From Polyangiaceae bacterium (GTDB taxonomy: Bacteria > Myxococcota_A > Polyangia > Polyangiales > Polyangiaceae): a stretch of 64,000 nt of DNA. The stretch is taken from assembly GCA_016715885.1 (NCBI GenBank), contig JADJXL010000022.1:139588-203587 (forward strand), given 5' to 3'. Positions 19,428 through 29,366 of the stretch are shown here, piece by piece. The notes beneath the pieces are model-generated. The model had not been told where the DNA came from and did no database searches. It worked only from the letters and a program-made list of their open reading frames with translations. The position numbers and the translations under genes are program-made. The number at the start of each line of letters is the position of its first letter. The first letter of the stretch is position 1.

Positions 19428-22400
19428 ATGATCAACGTCCAGTGCGACGGATGTAAATCTCCCTACCAGGTCGATGAGCGGCGAGTCCCCGCATCGGGGC
19501 TCAAAATGCGTTGCTCCAAGTGCGGCAACTCGATCTTGGTGGAGAAGCCGACGGTGGATCTTGCGGGACGGAGCGATCTGCCCGTCCCCGCGTCACCACG
19601 ACCGAAGGGCGTCGCGCCCGTTTTTCCTCGCGGCCCGGTCCTTCCCAAACAAGGCCTTCCAACGCCCAAAGCCGTGGTTCCAACGACGCCGGAAAAAGCT
19701 GCGCTCGCTTTCGCGCGCGGCGAAGGCAGTCGTTTCGACATCCCCGCGATGGATGATGACGCTCTCGCCGAGCTCGATCTGCCGTCGCCCGCAACGTTGG
19801 TTTCAAAAGAAAAACCCGTTGCAGTCGCGATGGATCCGCTTGCGGACGAAGGCATTCGCGCATCCGACCGACCTACGGCTCCGCGCGCCGTCGATGAAGC
19901 AAGCGTGTTCGATCGAATCACGAGCGACGACCATCGCAGGCCGTCCGAACGACCAACGGCCCCGCACCTTCCCGCCGTTGCCGTTCCCAAAACGAGCGTC
20001 ACCAAAGCTGCCGAGCGTGATGTCGACGTGCCGCCTCGAGGCAAAGCCACGGTGCGCCAAATGGCTGCGGTGATACCCGATGAAATGGCCCTCGATCTGC
20101 CTGCGCTCGCGCCGTCACGCGACGCCATCGCTCCTCCATTGCCGCAACCCAATCGTTCGGCCGCGGAGCTTTCTGCCGCTGGGACAAACCCGTCGGCACG
20201 CGACGCGAACAAGGCCGAGCTTCCATCTCCCGCGCGCCCACCAGCAAAACGCACGCTCGAGATCGACCTTCCGGATACAGGGCTGCCCATCGACGAAGCA
20301 GCAATGGCCTTCGGCGAAATCGACCTGCCTGCCACCGTGCCTGCGCATGCAGGAGCCAAGGGCTTTGGCGCGATCGGCTTGGCCGCTCCCGCGCCGCCTC
20401 GTGAACCGGCCAAGTCGTTCGGAGAAATCGATCTTCCCGCGGTCCCTGCACCTTCGCCATCCAAGTCCCCGGCTCCGGCGATGAAATCCCGCCCGGGCAA
20501 CGCCGATCTACCCGTTCTGAGCGACGCGGCATTCGGCGAAATCGACCTACCTGTTCCCGACGTTGCGACGTCCGACGACGGCGGGTTTGGCGAATTCGAA
20601 CTTCCTGCTCCCGAAGCCGACGCGTCCTTCGGCAAGCTCGATCTTCCGCTTCCGGTCGGACAGAGCGGCGAACATCAGTTCCCGCCTGCAGCCAAACCAG
20701 CGACGACCGCCAGCGCTGTCGCCGCGTTTTCCGTGCTTGGCGACCTCGAGCTGCCGCTGACGAGTGAATCGTCGATGAACCTCAGCGCGGTCGTGCTGCC
20801 GCCATCCAAGCCGGCAAGTCCTGCGCTCGACTTCGCGCTCGATGAATTGTCGCTGGATGCGCCCGCGTCGAAGCCGAAAGCGCCGAGCGATGCGACGCGG
20901 CAATCCATGCCATCCATACCGGGCGAAGAGTTTTCCCTTGGTGTGCAAACGAATAACACGCCTTCACCGGGGCCGAGCAAGGGCACGGACATCACGGGCG
21001 GTATCGGCGACGAAGTGGAGCTCGGTGTTGGCGATGCCGGTGCAGCGGATGCCGCAGCTCGGAAAGACAAACCTGCCAAAGGTGGTCGTCAAGATGCTGC
21101 GCCCGCTCCTGCAATGAGCCGCAAAGAGCGGTTGCGACGGCGTGCCCTCACCATGGGGATCGCCGTGCTCGTTGCCGTCGGCGGAGGATCCCTCGCGCTC
21201 CTGCCCGACATCGGTCCTTTTGGCATCTATGCCATCACCGACACCATCAAGGCCGATGATCACGCTCGAGCCCTCATGCAGCTCGAAACCAACGTTCAAA
21301 CGATGCTCGACGAGGACACTGCGGGCAGTGCCGCTCGTGCATTGACCACGGCCAAAGCCGCGCAGATCAACTTGCCGCGACATCGAGCGACCGCAGCGTA
21401 TACGGCCTACGTCGCTTTCCTCAGCAGCATTCGCCATGGACCGCGCGCAAGCGACGAGACGTTCGGCAAACAGTTGCTCGAGTTCGTCGCGGATACACCG
21501 AGCCGTGAACGCATGCTCGCGGTCGCGGCGAAACACAAGGCTGCAAACAAGCTCGAAGCCGCCAGGCGCGTTGTCAAAGACGCCGGCGGGCCGCAATCGA
21601 AGGACATCGATACCCTCGCGCTCATCGGGGAGATCGAGCTTGCCGCGGGCATGAAAGAAGACGCGCTCGCCGTGTGGAAACACGCGGTTTCGCTGCGGGA
21701 AAAGAGCGCCAGAGCGCTCTTCGGGCTCGCACGCGCGCAGCATGCCGCCGGTGACTTCAATGCAGCAGAAAAGAACGCTCGCGCAGTCATCGAGGTGTCC
21801 CCCAAACACGCCGGCGCTCGCATTTTACTCGCCACCATCATTGGTCGATTTCCAACCACCGAAGGAGAAGCCATCGCCCTCTTGAGCAAAGTGACGGATC
21901 AAGGCGAAGTGCGCACTGCGACGAGCGAAGGCCAAATCGTGCAAGCCTTCATCGAAGCTGGTCGTATCCATTTGCTCCGTTCACGTGTCTCCGCCGCGGC
22001 CGATGCGTTTGCCGAGGCCCTCAAGATGGATCCGCGCAACGTGCAAGCTCTGATTGGCGACGGCGAGCTCTTCTTCCGATCGGGCCGCAATTCACAAGCC
22101 CTGCTTCGATTCGAAGAAGCCATGCGCGCCGACGATACGAGCATTCCGGCAAAGGTCGGGGCGATCAAAACCCTTCTCGCGCTCGAACGCATGAAGGACG
22201 CCAAGGATCTCGCGAAAAAGATCCGCGAAGCAAAACCTGAATTGTCCATTGGCGCGTATTGGCTCGGCCGCGTCGAAGAAGCGCTTGGCAGCAAAAAAGA
22301 CGCCGAAACGCTCTACCTCGAGGCAATCAAGCTCGGCGGCAGCGATTCGGACATCGTCGATGCCTACGTTTCTCTCGTCGCACTCCTGTCGTCGGTTGGT

Positions 22401-23570
22401 CGAGCTGAAGAGGCGCAAGCCAAACTTGCCGAGGCCAGCGCCAAGTATCCCGACCTCGCCGCACTCCATCGCGCCAAGGGTGAGGTGCTCTCGGAAGCCG
22501 GCCGCTATGCCGAAGCTCGCGCGGAATTCGAGGCAGCTCTTGCAAAAGAGGACGACCTTGGAACACGCTTTCGTCTCGGCGTGACGCTCCGCCGCATGCG
22601 CCTCTTCGAAGAAGCAATGGGCGTGCTCGACAAACTCCAGACCGCCGACAAGGATTATCCGGGCCTGGCGCTCGAACGAGGCATCCTTTATGCAGAAATG
22701 GGGCAAAGCGAACGGGCCCTCGAGATGTACGCCGCAGCGCTCGAAAAAGCGCCCAACGACGTCGACCTCAAGCTCCGCGTAGGATCGACGCAGGTCATTG
22801 CTGGACACCCCGACGAAGCAGAAAAAATCCTACGCGAAGTATTGAAAGATCGGGCCGCGTCCGCAGATGCCAATCACTTCCTCGGTCGGGCCCTGCTTCT
22901 CAAGGGTGGAAGCGCGGCCGAAGCCATTCGGTTTTTGGATCGCGCCACCGAAATCGATGCCAATCGCGCCGAATATTACCTGTACGTTGGCTGGGCTGCG
23001 AACGAGCTCAATCAAGTTCAGCGCGCCGAACAAGCCATCCAACGCGCCCTGGAGCTAGACCGGGAGCTTGCCGACGCTTATTGGCAACGAGCCATTCTCT
23101 ATCACAAACAAGGCCGAACGCTCGATGCGCTCGCGGATCTCCAGGTCGCCCTGGCAAAACGGCCGTCACGCTATGAAGCGTATGCCACGATGGCGCTTTG
23201 TTATCAGGACCAGGCGCGCTGGCCCGATGCAACCGCCGCGTGGATCAAAGCGATCGAGGGCAATGGATCCATCGCGGAATGGCATTATCGCCTGGGCAAA
23301 ATCTACGAAGGCAATGGCAATCGCGCGGCCGCCGCGCCCGAGCTCGACAAAGCCGTCGAGCTCGTCGAGGCGAAACCGAATATGTCGCAATCGTGGCATT
23401 TCGACCTGTATTTCCTTTACGGTGAAACCATGCAAGCCACCGGGCAAAAGGAAAAAGCCCTCAAAGGCTACAAACGATACCTGCAGCTCGCACCCGTCAA
23501 CAATGCCTATCGGCCCGATGCCGAGCGAGCCATCAAACTCCTCGAACCACGGGGCCCTGGGTCACACTGA
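19428..23570 (+). CDS. Protein with an MJ0042-type zinc ribbon, a Pro-rich linker carrying a repeated [F/L]GE[I/L]DLP motif, a single TM helix and a long TPR domain. The architecture resembles GltJ/AgmX.
   Basis: The N-terminus is MINVQCDGCKSPYQVDERRVPASGLKMRCSKCGNS (CxxC..CxxC). About 450 aa of Pro/Ala-rich low-complexity sequence follow, with at least six FGEIDLP-like motifs. A TM helix (LTMGIAVLVAVGGGSLALL) precedes more than 700 aa of TPR repeats. Confidence 0.7.
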   Translation: MINVQCDGCKSPYQVDERRVPASGLKMRCSKCGNSILVEKPTVDLAGRSDLPVPASPRPKGVAPVFPRGPVLPKQGLPTPKAVVPTTPEKAALAFARGEGSRFDIPAMDDDALAELDLPSPATLVSKEKPVAVAMDPLADEGIRASDRPTAPRAVDEASVFDRITSDDHRRPSERPTAPHLPAVAVPKTSVTKAAERDVDVPPRGKATVRQMAAVIPDEMALDLPALAPSRDAIAPPLPQPNRSAAELSAAGTNPSARDANKAELPSPARPPAKRTLEIDLPDTGLPIDEAAMAFGEIDLPATVPAHAGAKGFGAIGLAAPAPPREPAKSFGEIDLPAVPAPSPSKSPAPAMKSRPGNADLPVLSDAAFGEIDLPVPDVATSDDGGFGEFELPAPEADASFGKLDLPLPVGQSGEHQFPPAAKPATTASAVAAFSVLGDLELPLTSESSMNLSAVVLPPSKPASPALDFALDELSLDAPASKPKAPSDATRQSMPSIPGEEFSLGVQTNNTPSPGPSKGTDITGGIGDEVELGVGDAGAADAAARKDKPAKGGRQDAAPAPAMSRKERLRRRALTMGIAVLVAVGGGSLALLPDIGPFGIYAITDTIKADDHARALMQLETNVQTMLDEDTAGSAARALTTAKAAQINLPRHRATAAYTAYVAFLSSIRHGPRASDETFGKQLLEFVADTPSRERMLAVAAKHKAANKLEAARRVVKDAGGPQSKDIDTLALIGEIELAAGMKEDALAVWKHAVSLREKSARALFGLARAQHAAGDFNAAEKNARAVIEVSPKHAGARILLATIIGRFPTTEGEAIALLSKVTDQGEVRTATSEGQIVQAFIEAGRIHLLRSRVSAAADAFAEALKMDPRNVQALIGDGELFFRSGRNSQALLRFEEAMRADDTSIPAKVGAIKTLLALERMKDAKDLAKKIREAKPELSIGAYWLGRVEEALGSKKDAETLYLEAIKLGGSDSDIVDAYVSLVALLSSVGRAEEAQAKLAEASAKYPDLAALHRAKGEVLSEAGRYAEARAEFEAALAKEDDLGTRFRLGVTLRRMRLFEEAMGVLDKLQTADKDYPGLALERGILYAEMGQSERALEMYAAALEKAPNDVDLKLRVGSTQVIAGHPDEAEKILREVLKDRAASADANHFLGRALLLKGGSAAEAIRFLDRATEIDANRAEYYLYVGWAANELNQVQRAEQAIQRALELDRELADAYWQRAILYHKQGRTLDALADLQVALAKRPSRYEAYATMALCYQDQARWPDATAAWIKAIEGNGSIAEWHYRLGKIYEGNGNRAAAAPELDKAVELVEAKPNMSQSWHFDLYFLYGETMQATGQKEKALKGYKRYLQLAPVNNAYRPDAERAIKLLEPRGPGSH

Positions 23571-23639
23571 CCTTTGCGCCCGAGCACATCATCGTTCTTC
23601 ACCCTCCCACTTTGCGAGTTCGTCGTGTAACGTTCGGGC

Positions 23640-24383
23640 GTGTCGTCGTCTCACGATGCTTCACCGTCCGATTCGTTCGCCAAACGCGCGCTCGTTTGCA
23701 TTCCCACGTACAACGAACGTGACAACATCGAAGCCATCACGCGTGCGGTTCTCGCGGCGGATGAGCGGGTCGATGTGCTCGTGGTCGACGACAATTCGCC
23801 CGACGGAACGGGAAAGCTCGCGGACGAGCTTGCGTTGACGCAGCCGCGGATTCGTGTGCTTCATCGCCCGGAAAAACGAGGGCTCGGCAAGGCGTACTTG
23901 CATGCATTTCGCGAGGCATTGTCGCTCGGATATGGGTTCGTCGTGGAAATGGATGCGGATTTTAGTCACGATCCGGGTCGATTGCCTGCATTGATCGACG
24001 AAGCGCAGCGAGGGACTCATTTGGTTCTGGGTTCACGTTATGTGCCTGGAGGAGGCACGGTGAATTGGAAATTGGGACGACGCCTCCTCAGTCGTGGAGG
24101 GTCGCTTTATGCGCGGACCATTCTCGGCGTGGACGTGGCGGATTTGACGGGCGGTTTCAAATGTTTTCGGCGTGAGGTGCTCGAATCGATCGACCTGGAA
24201 TCCATCGACAGCACGGGATACGCATTTCAGATTGAAATGACGTACCGGGCATTGATGAAGGGGTTCTCCGTCAAGGAACTGCCCATCGTATTCGAAGATC
24301 GCCGCGTGGGCCAATCGAAGATGAGCCGTACGATTTTCTTGGAGGCGGTGGTGGTGGTGTGGAGGTTGAGGCTATTTGGGTAG
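23640..24383 (+). CDS. GT2 polyprenol-phosphate mannosyltransferase (Dpm1/Ppm1-like).
   Basis: Matching motifs: CIPTYNERDNI, VVDDNSPDGT and EMDADFSHDP. Confidence 0.8.
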   Translation: MSSSHDASPSDSFAKRALVCIPTYNERDNIEAITRAVLAADERVDVLVVDDNSPDGTGKLADELALTQPRIRVLHRPEKRGLGKAYLHAFREALSLGYGFVVEMDADFSHDPGRLPALIDEAQRGTHLVLGSRYVPGGGTVNWKLGRRLLSRGGSLYARTILGVDVADLTGGFKCFRREVLESIDLESIDSTGYAFQIEMTYRALMKGFSVKELPIVFEDRRVGQSKMSRTIFLEAVVVVWRLRLFG

Positions 24384-24409
24384 CGAGATGAATGCCGCAG
24401 CGCCCTTTT

Positions 24410-26146
24410 TCAGCTTGCTTGCACAGGCTCCGGCTCCGCTGCCGGAGGTGGTTCGGCTGGCGCTTCCGGAGCCGGCACATTGGCCTCGGCAATCGCTGCA
24501 TCCTCTGCTGCCAGCAATCGATCACTTTCCGCAAGTGCCGCGTCGTGCTGCGCGATGATTTTCGCCGTGCGCGCCTTCGCCAATCCCAAAAAGAGTAGCC
24601 CGAACAGCGCCCACGCGGCCGACATGAACACCGAACCGACCACCAAAATGTCTTCCTTGCCCCGATCGAGCGCATCGAGCGCAAGGAAAGCATAAAATGG
24701 AGACGGTGCGGCCACGACGAGCGCCGACCGATCAGACGCCGACGACACGACGCCCGCAATGGCCGCGACGACCCACGGCCCAATCGCGACGAGGAAATGC
24801 ACCGCGAGAAGCAGCATCCGCGCCGCGAGCGTGGTGTTCGTGCGCGACCGCAAAAATGCGGCAAACCCCACGGAGAACGCGAAGAAACCCACGATGTACA
24901 CGGCGACGATCAAGATTTCGCCCGTGTACGAGCCGCCCGAATACTTGGGCGGTACGGCAATCAGTCCTACGACCGTCGGAAGCATCAGAGCAACCGTGCC
25001 GACGAAGAGCTCGAGCGTCGAGGTCTTGACGATGCTCGGTCCCAGAAATCGCTTGAATTTTCCGATATTTGCCCGATCCCAATGGAGAACCACGCGGCGC
25101 GAAGGTCCGAGAGAATCGCCGGTGAAAAGATACACGCCCATCATCAGAAAGACGAAGTGGGCAGACAAGGCGGCAATGCACACGCCCATTCGATCCCGCG
25201 GGTCGACGGCAAAAATGGGGATCGACGTCGCAATGGCAAAAATGGGCGTGCAGATGGCATACCAACGCTTCAATCCCGTAGAACGGTCGTCGGTGATGCT
25301 CGTCAAATTCGCCACGGTCACTTCGTAGAGAAACCAGGCGGGCAGGGCAGCGAGCGCAATGGGCAAAAGCACGAGCAGTCCGAGGTACGTCAGGTCGAAC
25401 GGCGCACGAGCATACGCTGTCGGAAGCCATACCGGAGGCCCATCGGGAACGCCCGGCCAAAGCGAATGCGCTCCGTAGGACAAACCCACGCCGAGAAACC
25501 CGTACACGTTGAGCGACACGATGACCGCGCATAGAAGCGATACGACCAGCGCAGCTCGCAAACTGTTCATCTTCGAACTGATCGCCAGACCAAATGCGAC
25601 CGCAAGCCCCGCGATCAAAAACAAGAATGCGAATGCAACGATCGTTTCGGTCGCCGTCACACCGCCGAACAAGAACGGAAGCGCTCCGACCGGCGCGAGC
25701 ATCACGACGTACATTCCAATCGACGTGTACGCCGCCAAAAACTTGCCGCGAGCAATGACGGCGGGCCGCAAACCCGTCAAAATCACCGCTTCCCACGTGC
25801 GTCCTTCGCGTTCAGCAGCAATCGCATTCGCCGCCACGCCTGGCCCCACGAACGTCACCACGAAGTACGCAATCGAGAAAAATACTTGAAAAAGAACGTA
25901 CCCCGTCGTCGCCGGGCTTTCGTTCATCGATACGAGCCCACCGACCGAAGCAATGAGCAGCGTCGTGAGCACCGCCAGCACGCAAAGAATGACGGGCGTC
26001 CGTACGAGGCGTGCTGATTGCCGCAATTCGCGGATCCACAGCGGATTCGGGTCGTCCAAAAGCCGCCGAAAACGAAACCGTGCCCTGTCCCCCATTCGCC
26101 GTGAAACGGGACCTGCCGGTGCGTTCGTGCCCGTCTGTGCGCTCAT
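24410..26146 (-). CDS. ABC-2-type transporter permease (about 12 TM helices).
   Basis: A very hydrophobic multi-helix protein. Its start overlaps the stop of the upstream ABC ATPase gene (ATGA). Confidence 0.6.
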   Translation of the reverse strand: MSAQTGTNAPAGPVSRRMGDRARFRFRRLLDDPNPLWIRELRQSARLVRTPVILCVLAVLTTLLIASVGGLVSMNESPATTGYVLFQVFFSIAYFVVTFVGPGVAANAIAAEREGRTWEAVILTGLRPAVIARGKFLAAYTSIGMYVVMLAPVGALPFLFGGVTATETIVAFAFLFLIAGLAVAFGLAISSKMNSLRAALVVSLLCAVIVSLNVYGFLGVGLSYGAHSLWPGVPDGPPVWLPTAYARAPFDLTYLGLLVLLPIALAALPAWFLYEVTVANLTSITDDRSTGLKRWYAICTPIFAIATSIPIFAVDPRDRMGVCIAALSAHFVFLMMGVYLFTGDSLGPSRRVVLHWDRANIGKFKRFLGPSIVKTSTLELFVGTVALMLPTVVGLIAVPPKYSGGSYTGEILIVAVYIVGFFAFSVGFAAFLRSRTNTTLAARMLLLAVHFLVAIGPWVVAAIAGVVSSASDRSALVVAAPSPFYAFLALDALDRGKEDILVVGSVFMSAAWALFGLLFLGLAKARTAKIIAQHDAALAESDRLLAAEDAAIAEANVPAPEAPAEPPPAAEPEPVQAS

Positions 26147-27285
26147 TGCACATCCCCCCGCGTGACTTCCAGGAAGATTCGCTCGAGCTCGTTACGTTCG
26201 GGCTCGACGCCCACGATGCCAATACGTTGATGCACCAAGTGCTGAACCATTTCGGCGATTTTCGTTTCGGTGCCCGTGTACCCGACGTGCACGACGCCCC
26301 CGATGATGCTGACTTCCACGATGCCCGGCCCGCCTCGAAGCAAGTACGCCGCTTGTTCCGGATTGCCGATGACGCGGAGTTTTACGCGACGCACCGCCGG
26401 AGCCGCCGGTACCGGTGGCTGCCACGCTGCTTGTTGCGAAGGCTGCGCGGGATATCCCGGCGGCGCGCCTGGTTGCGCTGTCGGAGGAGCCACGCGCGCT
26501 GCGCCCGTGTATGCAGGCGGAGGCGCGTGCCCCATTGCCTCGGCCGCTCGAATGGCTTCCAGGCGCGACGAAATTTCGTGAATGGGCCCAGCCACCACGA
26601 GCCGTCCTTTTTCCAAAATGCCAATCGATGTACAAACATCCGACAATTCCGTCAAGATGTGTGACGAAAGCAAAATGGTTTTTCCCAGCCCTCGCAGCTC
26701 CAAGAGCAAATCCCGTATCTCGATACGCGCCCGCGGGTCGAGATCGCTCGCCGGTTCGTCCAGAATGAGCACCTTCGGATCGTGCAAGAGAATCCGAGCA
26801 AGCTGAAGCCTCTGCTTCATGCCTTTCGACATTTCCGCCACGAGACGATCCTGAAGTTTGCCGAGGTCGGTCAATTCGAGCACCGCGTCGACGACGTTGA
26901 TCGAGGGAACTCGAAATGCGTCCGCGAAAAACTCGAGATACTCGCGCACCGTGATCCGATCGTAAACGCCGGCATGGTCGGGCATGTATCCAATGATTCG
27001 GCGGACTTCCTCCGGATCCATCGTCACGTCGATGCCGTCGATTTCCACGCGGCCCGCCATTGGTTCGAGCAGCGTCGCCATCACGCGAATCGTCGTGGTT
27101 TTTCCGGCTCCGTTCGGGCCGATGAAACCAAAAATTTCCCCCGGCCCCACGTCGAACGTCACGTCGCGCAAAACGTCACGATTGCCATAACGATGCCACA
27201 AATGACGCACTCGAATCGTCGGCGGCGGAAGAGGCGCAGAAGGCTCGGGCGATTCAATCTGGACCGCGCTCGACGCTTCGCTCAC
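26143..27285 (-). CDS. ABC transporter ATP-binding protein with a Pro-rich C-terminal extension.
   Basis: Walker A is GPNGAGKTTT. The ABC signature is SKGMKQRLQLAR. Walker B is ILILDEPASDLD. The proposed GTG start overlaps the upstream stop (GTGA at 27282-27285). Confidence 0.75.
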   Translation of the reverse strand: MSEASSAVQIESPEPSAPLPPPTIRVRHLWHRYGNRDVLRDVTFDVGPGEIFGFIGPNGAGKTTTIRVMATLLEPMAGRVEIDGIDVTMDPEEVRRIIGYMPDHAGVYDRITVREYLEFFADAFRVPSINVVDAVLELTDLGKLQDRLVAEMSKGMKQRLQLARILLHDPKVLILDEPASDLDPRARIEIRDLLLELRGLGKTILLSSHILTELSDVCTSIGILEKGRLVVAGPIHEISSRLEAIRAAEAMGHAPPPAYTGAARVAPPTAQPGAPPGYPAQPSQQAAWQPPVPAAPAVRRVKLRVIGNPEQAAYLLRGGPGIVEVSIIGGVVHVGYTGTETKIAEMVQHLVHQRIGIVGVEPERNELERIFLEVTRGDVQ

Positions 27286-29366
27286 GGGCGACCTCCTTGA
27301 CCCACGATCCGCACGAGAAGCCGATCTTGTTCGAGCTTCAGCCCCGCATCCGACGTTTTCCCTTCGCCCCCATCGAGCTGCGCCAAAAGTACCGGCACAT
27401 CCTCCGGGAACCAATTCACGACCCCTCCGGCACTCTCTTCAATCGCTTGCCATGCCGCGCTGAGGCCCGCAGCATCATCATCGACGATTCTTTCGAGCGA
27501 CGAAGCGCGTAGCGGCTGCATCGTCAGCGACCCCGACCGACCTACCGTTGCCGTCACGCTCGTTAACCAAGCTCGGCCCGGTTTCGTGCTGCCGACGTCT
27601 TGACCGGCGCTCGCCAATACTCGCTCGCCGTCACGAATGGTCGCAAAATAGCGAGCATTTCCGCCGGGCAGCATCAACAGCGCAGCGCGCATGTCACGAC
27701 CGGAACGATTGATGACCGCTGTATCCGTTTCATTCTCCGTCACGATGGCAATGCCTTCACCAAGGTCGGCAAACCCATCCTCGCGAATGACCACGGTTTG
27801 CCATGGCAATGCGGCTACATCGACCAAACGCGCCCCATCACGATCGACCACCAAGTGATCGTTGATCGTCGCCGGCGCCGAGACGAATGCCGTATTCACG
27901 ACCGATGTCGAATCGCTCGTGCGCACCGTGAGATCCTTGGCCCTCGGCGTAAAGAACCCTCGCCACCTGCGCGCCGTACCTTTCGACATTCCCGCGCCTG
28001 CTTCGACCAGCGTGAGGTGTCGTGACCGGCCACTGACACCCTTGGCCACGAACCCAATCACGACGATCGCGAAGAACGTGACGGCGGCAAAAATCGGGAG
28101 CCAAATCAGCGCTCGCAAAGGTTTGCCCTTATTGGCATTCAGCGTGAAATTGATGGGAGCCGCAATCACCGCGTACGCAAGGAGCAAAAGAGCTGCAACC
28201 GCAATGGCCCAGCGCGATCCCTCGTTCGGGTCCAATTGCTTGCGAATACCGTCCGACGAATACCCTGCCGGCGTCGACCCTTGACGATAAATGATCGTGC
28301 TACGCCGATCGAAAGCCCGACGCGCCATATCGAGCACGCGTCCCTGCACCCACGGATCGTCGACTGCGGGTTTGCGCGTCGGGTCGAATGCGAGCAAGTG
28401 AAATTCACCGAGCCCGTAATACGCCGACGCCCCATAACGACTACCGCGCAAATTGCCCCCGGAAAAACCCACGAGCGACTTGCCCACTTCTTCCTCGGCC
28501 GACTCCGCAAAAGGAATCTTCTTCGCGGCATTCGACGGCGCGATGGGCAGCCGCAATTCACGCAACGTCTCCGAATGCACGGACGCCATCGTGACGTCTC
28601 CCCCCGCAAACGCAGCCACCACCGGACTCCGAACATCCTCCGGTCGCGCCAATGCAACCGCCAGCGTGCCGCCGGCCAGGACAAACCCACTCAGCGCATC
28701 GAGCTCCACCGCCGTCACGCGCGACAGCACATCCGAGCGAATGAGCACGGCCGACGCAGGTGCATACAGCGCCGCTCGATCCGGAAGAACGGGATCACCC
28801 GTCGCAGGATCGAATCGCGGCGATCCAACCTGAAGCTGCGGACCCGAACCATACGAAGGCACGCTGCCCCAAGGCGCGTATTGCGGCGAAATCCAAGCTT
28901 CGTGCATCACTCCGCGAAGACGCGAAGCCTCGGTCACGTCGAGCAAAAACACGCCGGGCGAATTCGTCACGGTCGCCCCGAGCGTGCCTAGCTCGATGCC
29001 CGCGTCGTTACGCACCACGATCTTCACGTCACCATACACGTTCGCATGCGCTGGCAACCGCACCATCGCCGCAGCGCCCGCGCCAACGACGAAAGGCGCC
29101 GTCGCTCGATATCGAAATTGGTTTGAGTACAAACGGCTTTCGAGCTCGACTTCGCCGCGCACGGGCTGCTGCTCGTTGTTCTGCACGCGCACCAGGAACC
29201 CGCTGTAACCTTGCGGGACCGGCGCTGCGGCGCCGAACATCTGCGTGATGTCGACGGCGACTTGCGGCGCTCCTTGCTGAGGCACCTGTTCAATCGATGT
29301 GGCGGACGCCGTTGAAGCCAGAACGATGCCCGCCGTTAGACTCGACGCAAAAACAAAAGACTTCAT
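27282..29366 (-). CDS. Exported protein with a signal peptide and C-proximal TM helices. It may be an ABC-transporter auxiliary (GldG-like) or BatD-like component.
   Basis: The signal peptide is MKSFVFASSLTAGIVLASTASA. Two TM helices lie around residues 380-440. The start overlaps the MoxR stop (ATGA). The function is unknown. Confidence 0.5.
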   Translation of the reverse strand: MKSFVFASSLTAGIVLASTASATSIEQVPQQGAPQVAVDITQMFGAAAPVPQGYSGFLVRVQNNEQQPVRGEVELESRLYSNQFRYRATAPFVVGAGAAAMVRLPAHANVYGDVKIVVRNDAGIELGTLGATVTNSPGVFLLDVTEASRLRGVMHEAWISPQYAPWGSVPSYGSGPQLQVGSPRFDPATGDPVLPDRAALYAPASAVLIRSDVLSRVTAVELDALSGFVLAGGTLAVALARPEDVRSPVVAAFAGGDVTMASVHSETLRELRLPIAPSNAAKKIPFAESAEEEVGKSLVGFSGGNLRGSRYGASAYYGLGEFHLLAFDPTRKPAVDDPWVQGRVLDMARRAFDRRSTIIYRQGSTPAGYSSDGIRKQLDPNEGSRWAIAVAALLLLAYAVIAAPINFTLNANKGKPLRALIWLPIFAAVTFFAIVVIGFVAKGVSGRSRHLTLVEAGAGMSKGTARRWRGFFTPRAKDLTVRTSDSTSVVNTAFVSAPATINDHLVVDRDGARLVDVAALPWQTVVIREDGFADLGEGIAIVTENETDTAVINRSGRDMRAALLMLPGGNARYFATIRDGERVLASAGQDVGSTKPGRAWLTSVTATVGRSGSLTMQPLRASSLERIVDDDAAGLSAAWQAIEESAGGVVNWFPEDVPVLLAQLDGGEGKTSDAGLKLEQDRLLVRIVGQGGRP

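Noticed and set aside
27285-27414. A longer N-terminal extension of the ABC ATPase (ATG at 27414).
   Set aside because: It would overlap 130 nt of the upstream gene in another frame and encodes Arg/Gly-rich sequence. The GTG at 27285 forms a classic GTGA coupling overlap and immediately precedes the conserved ATPase core.
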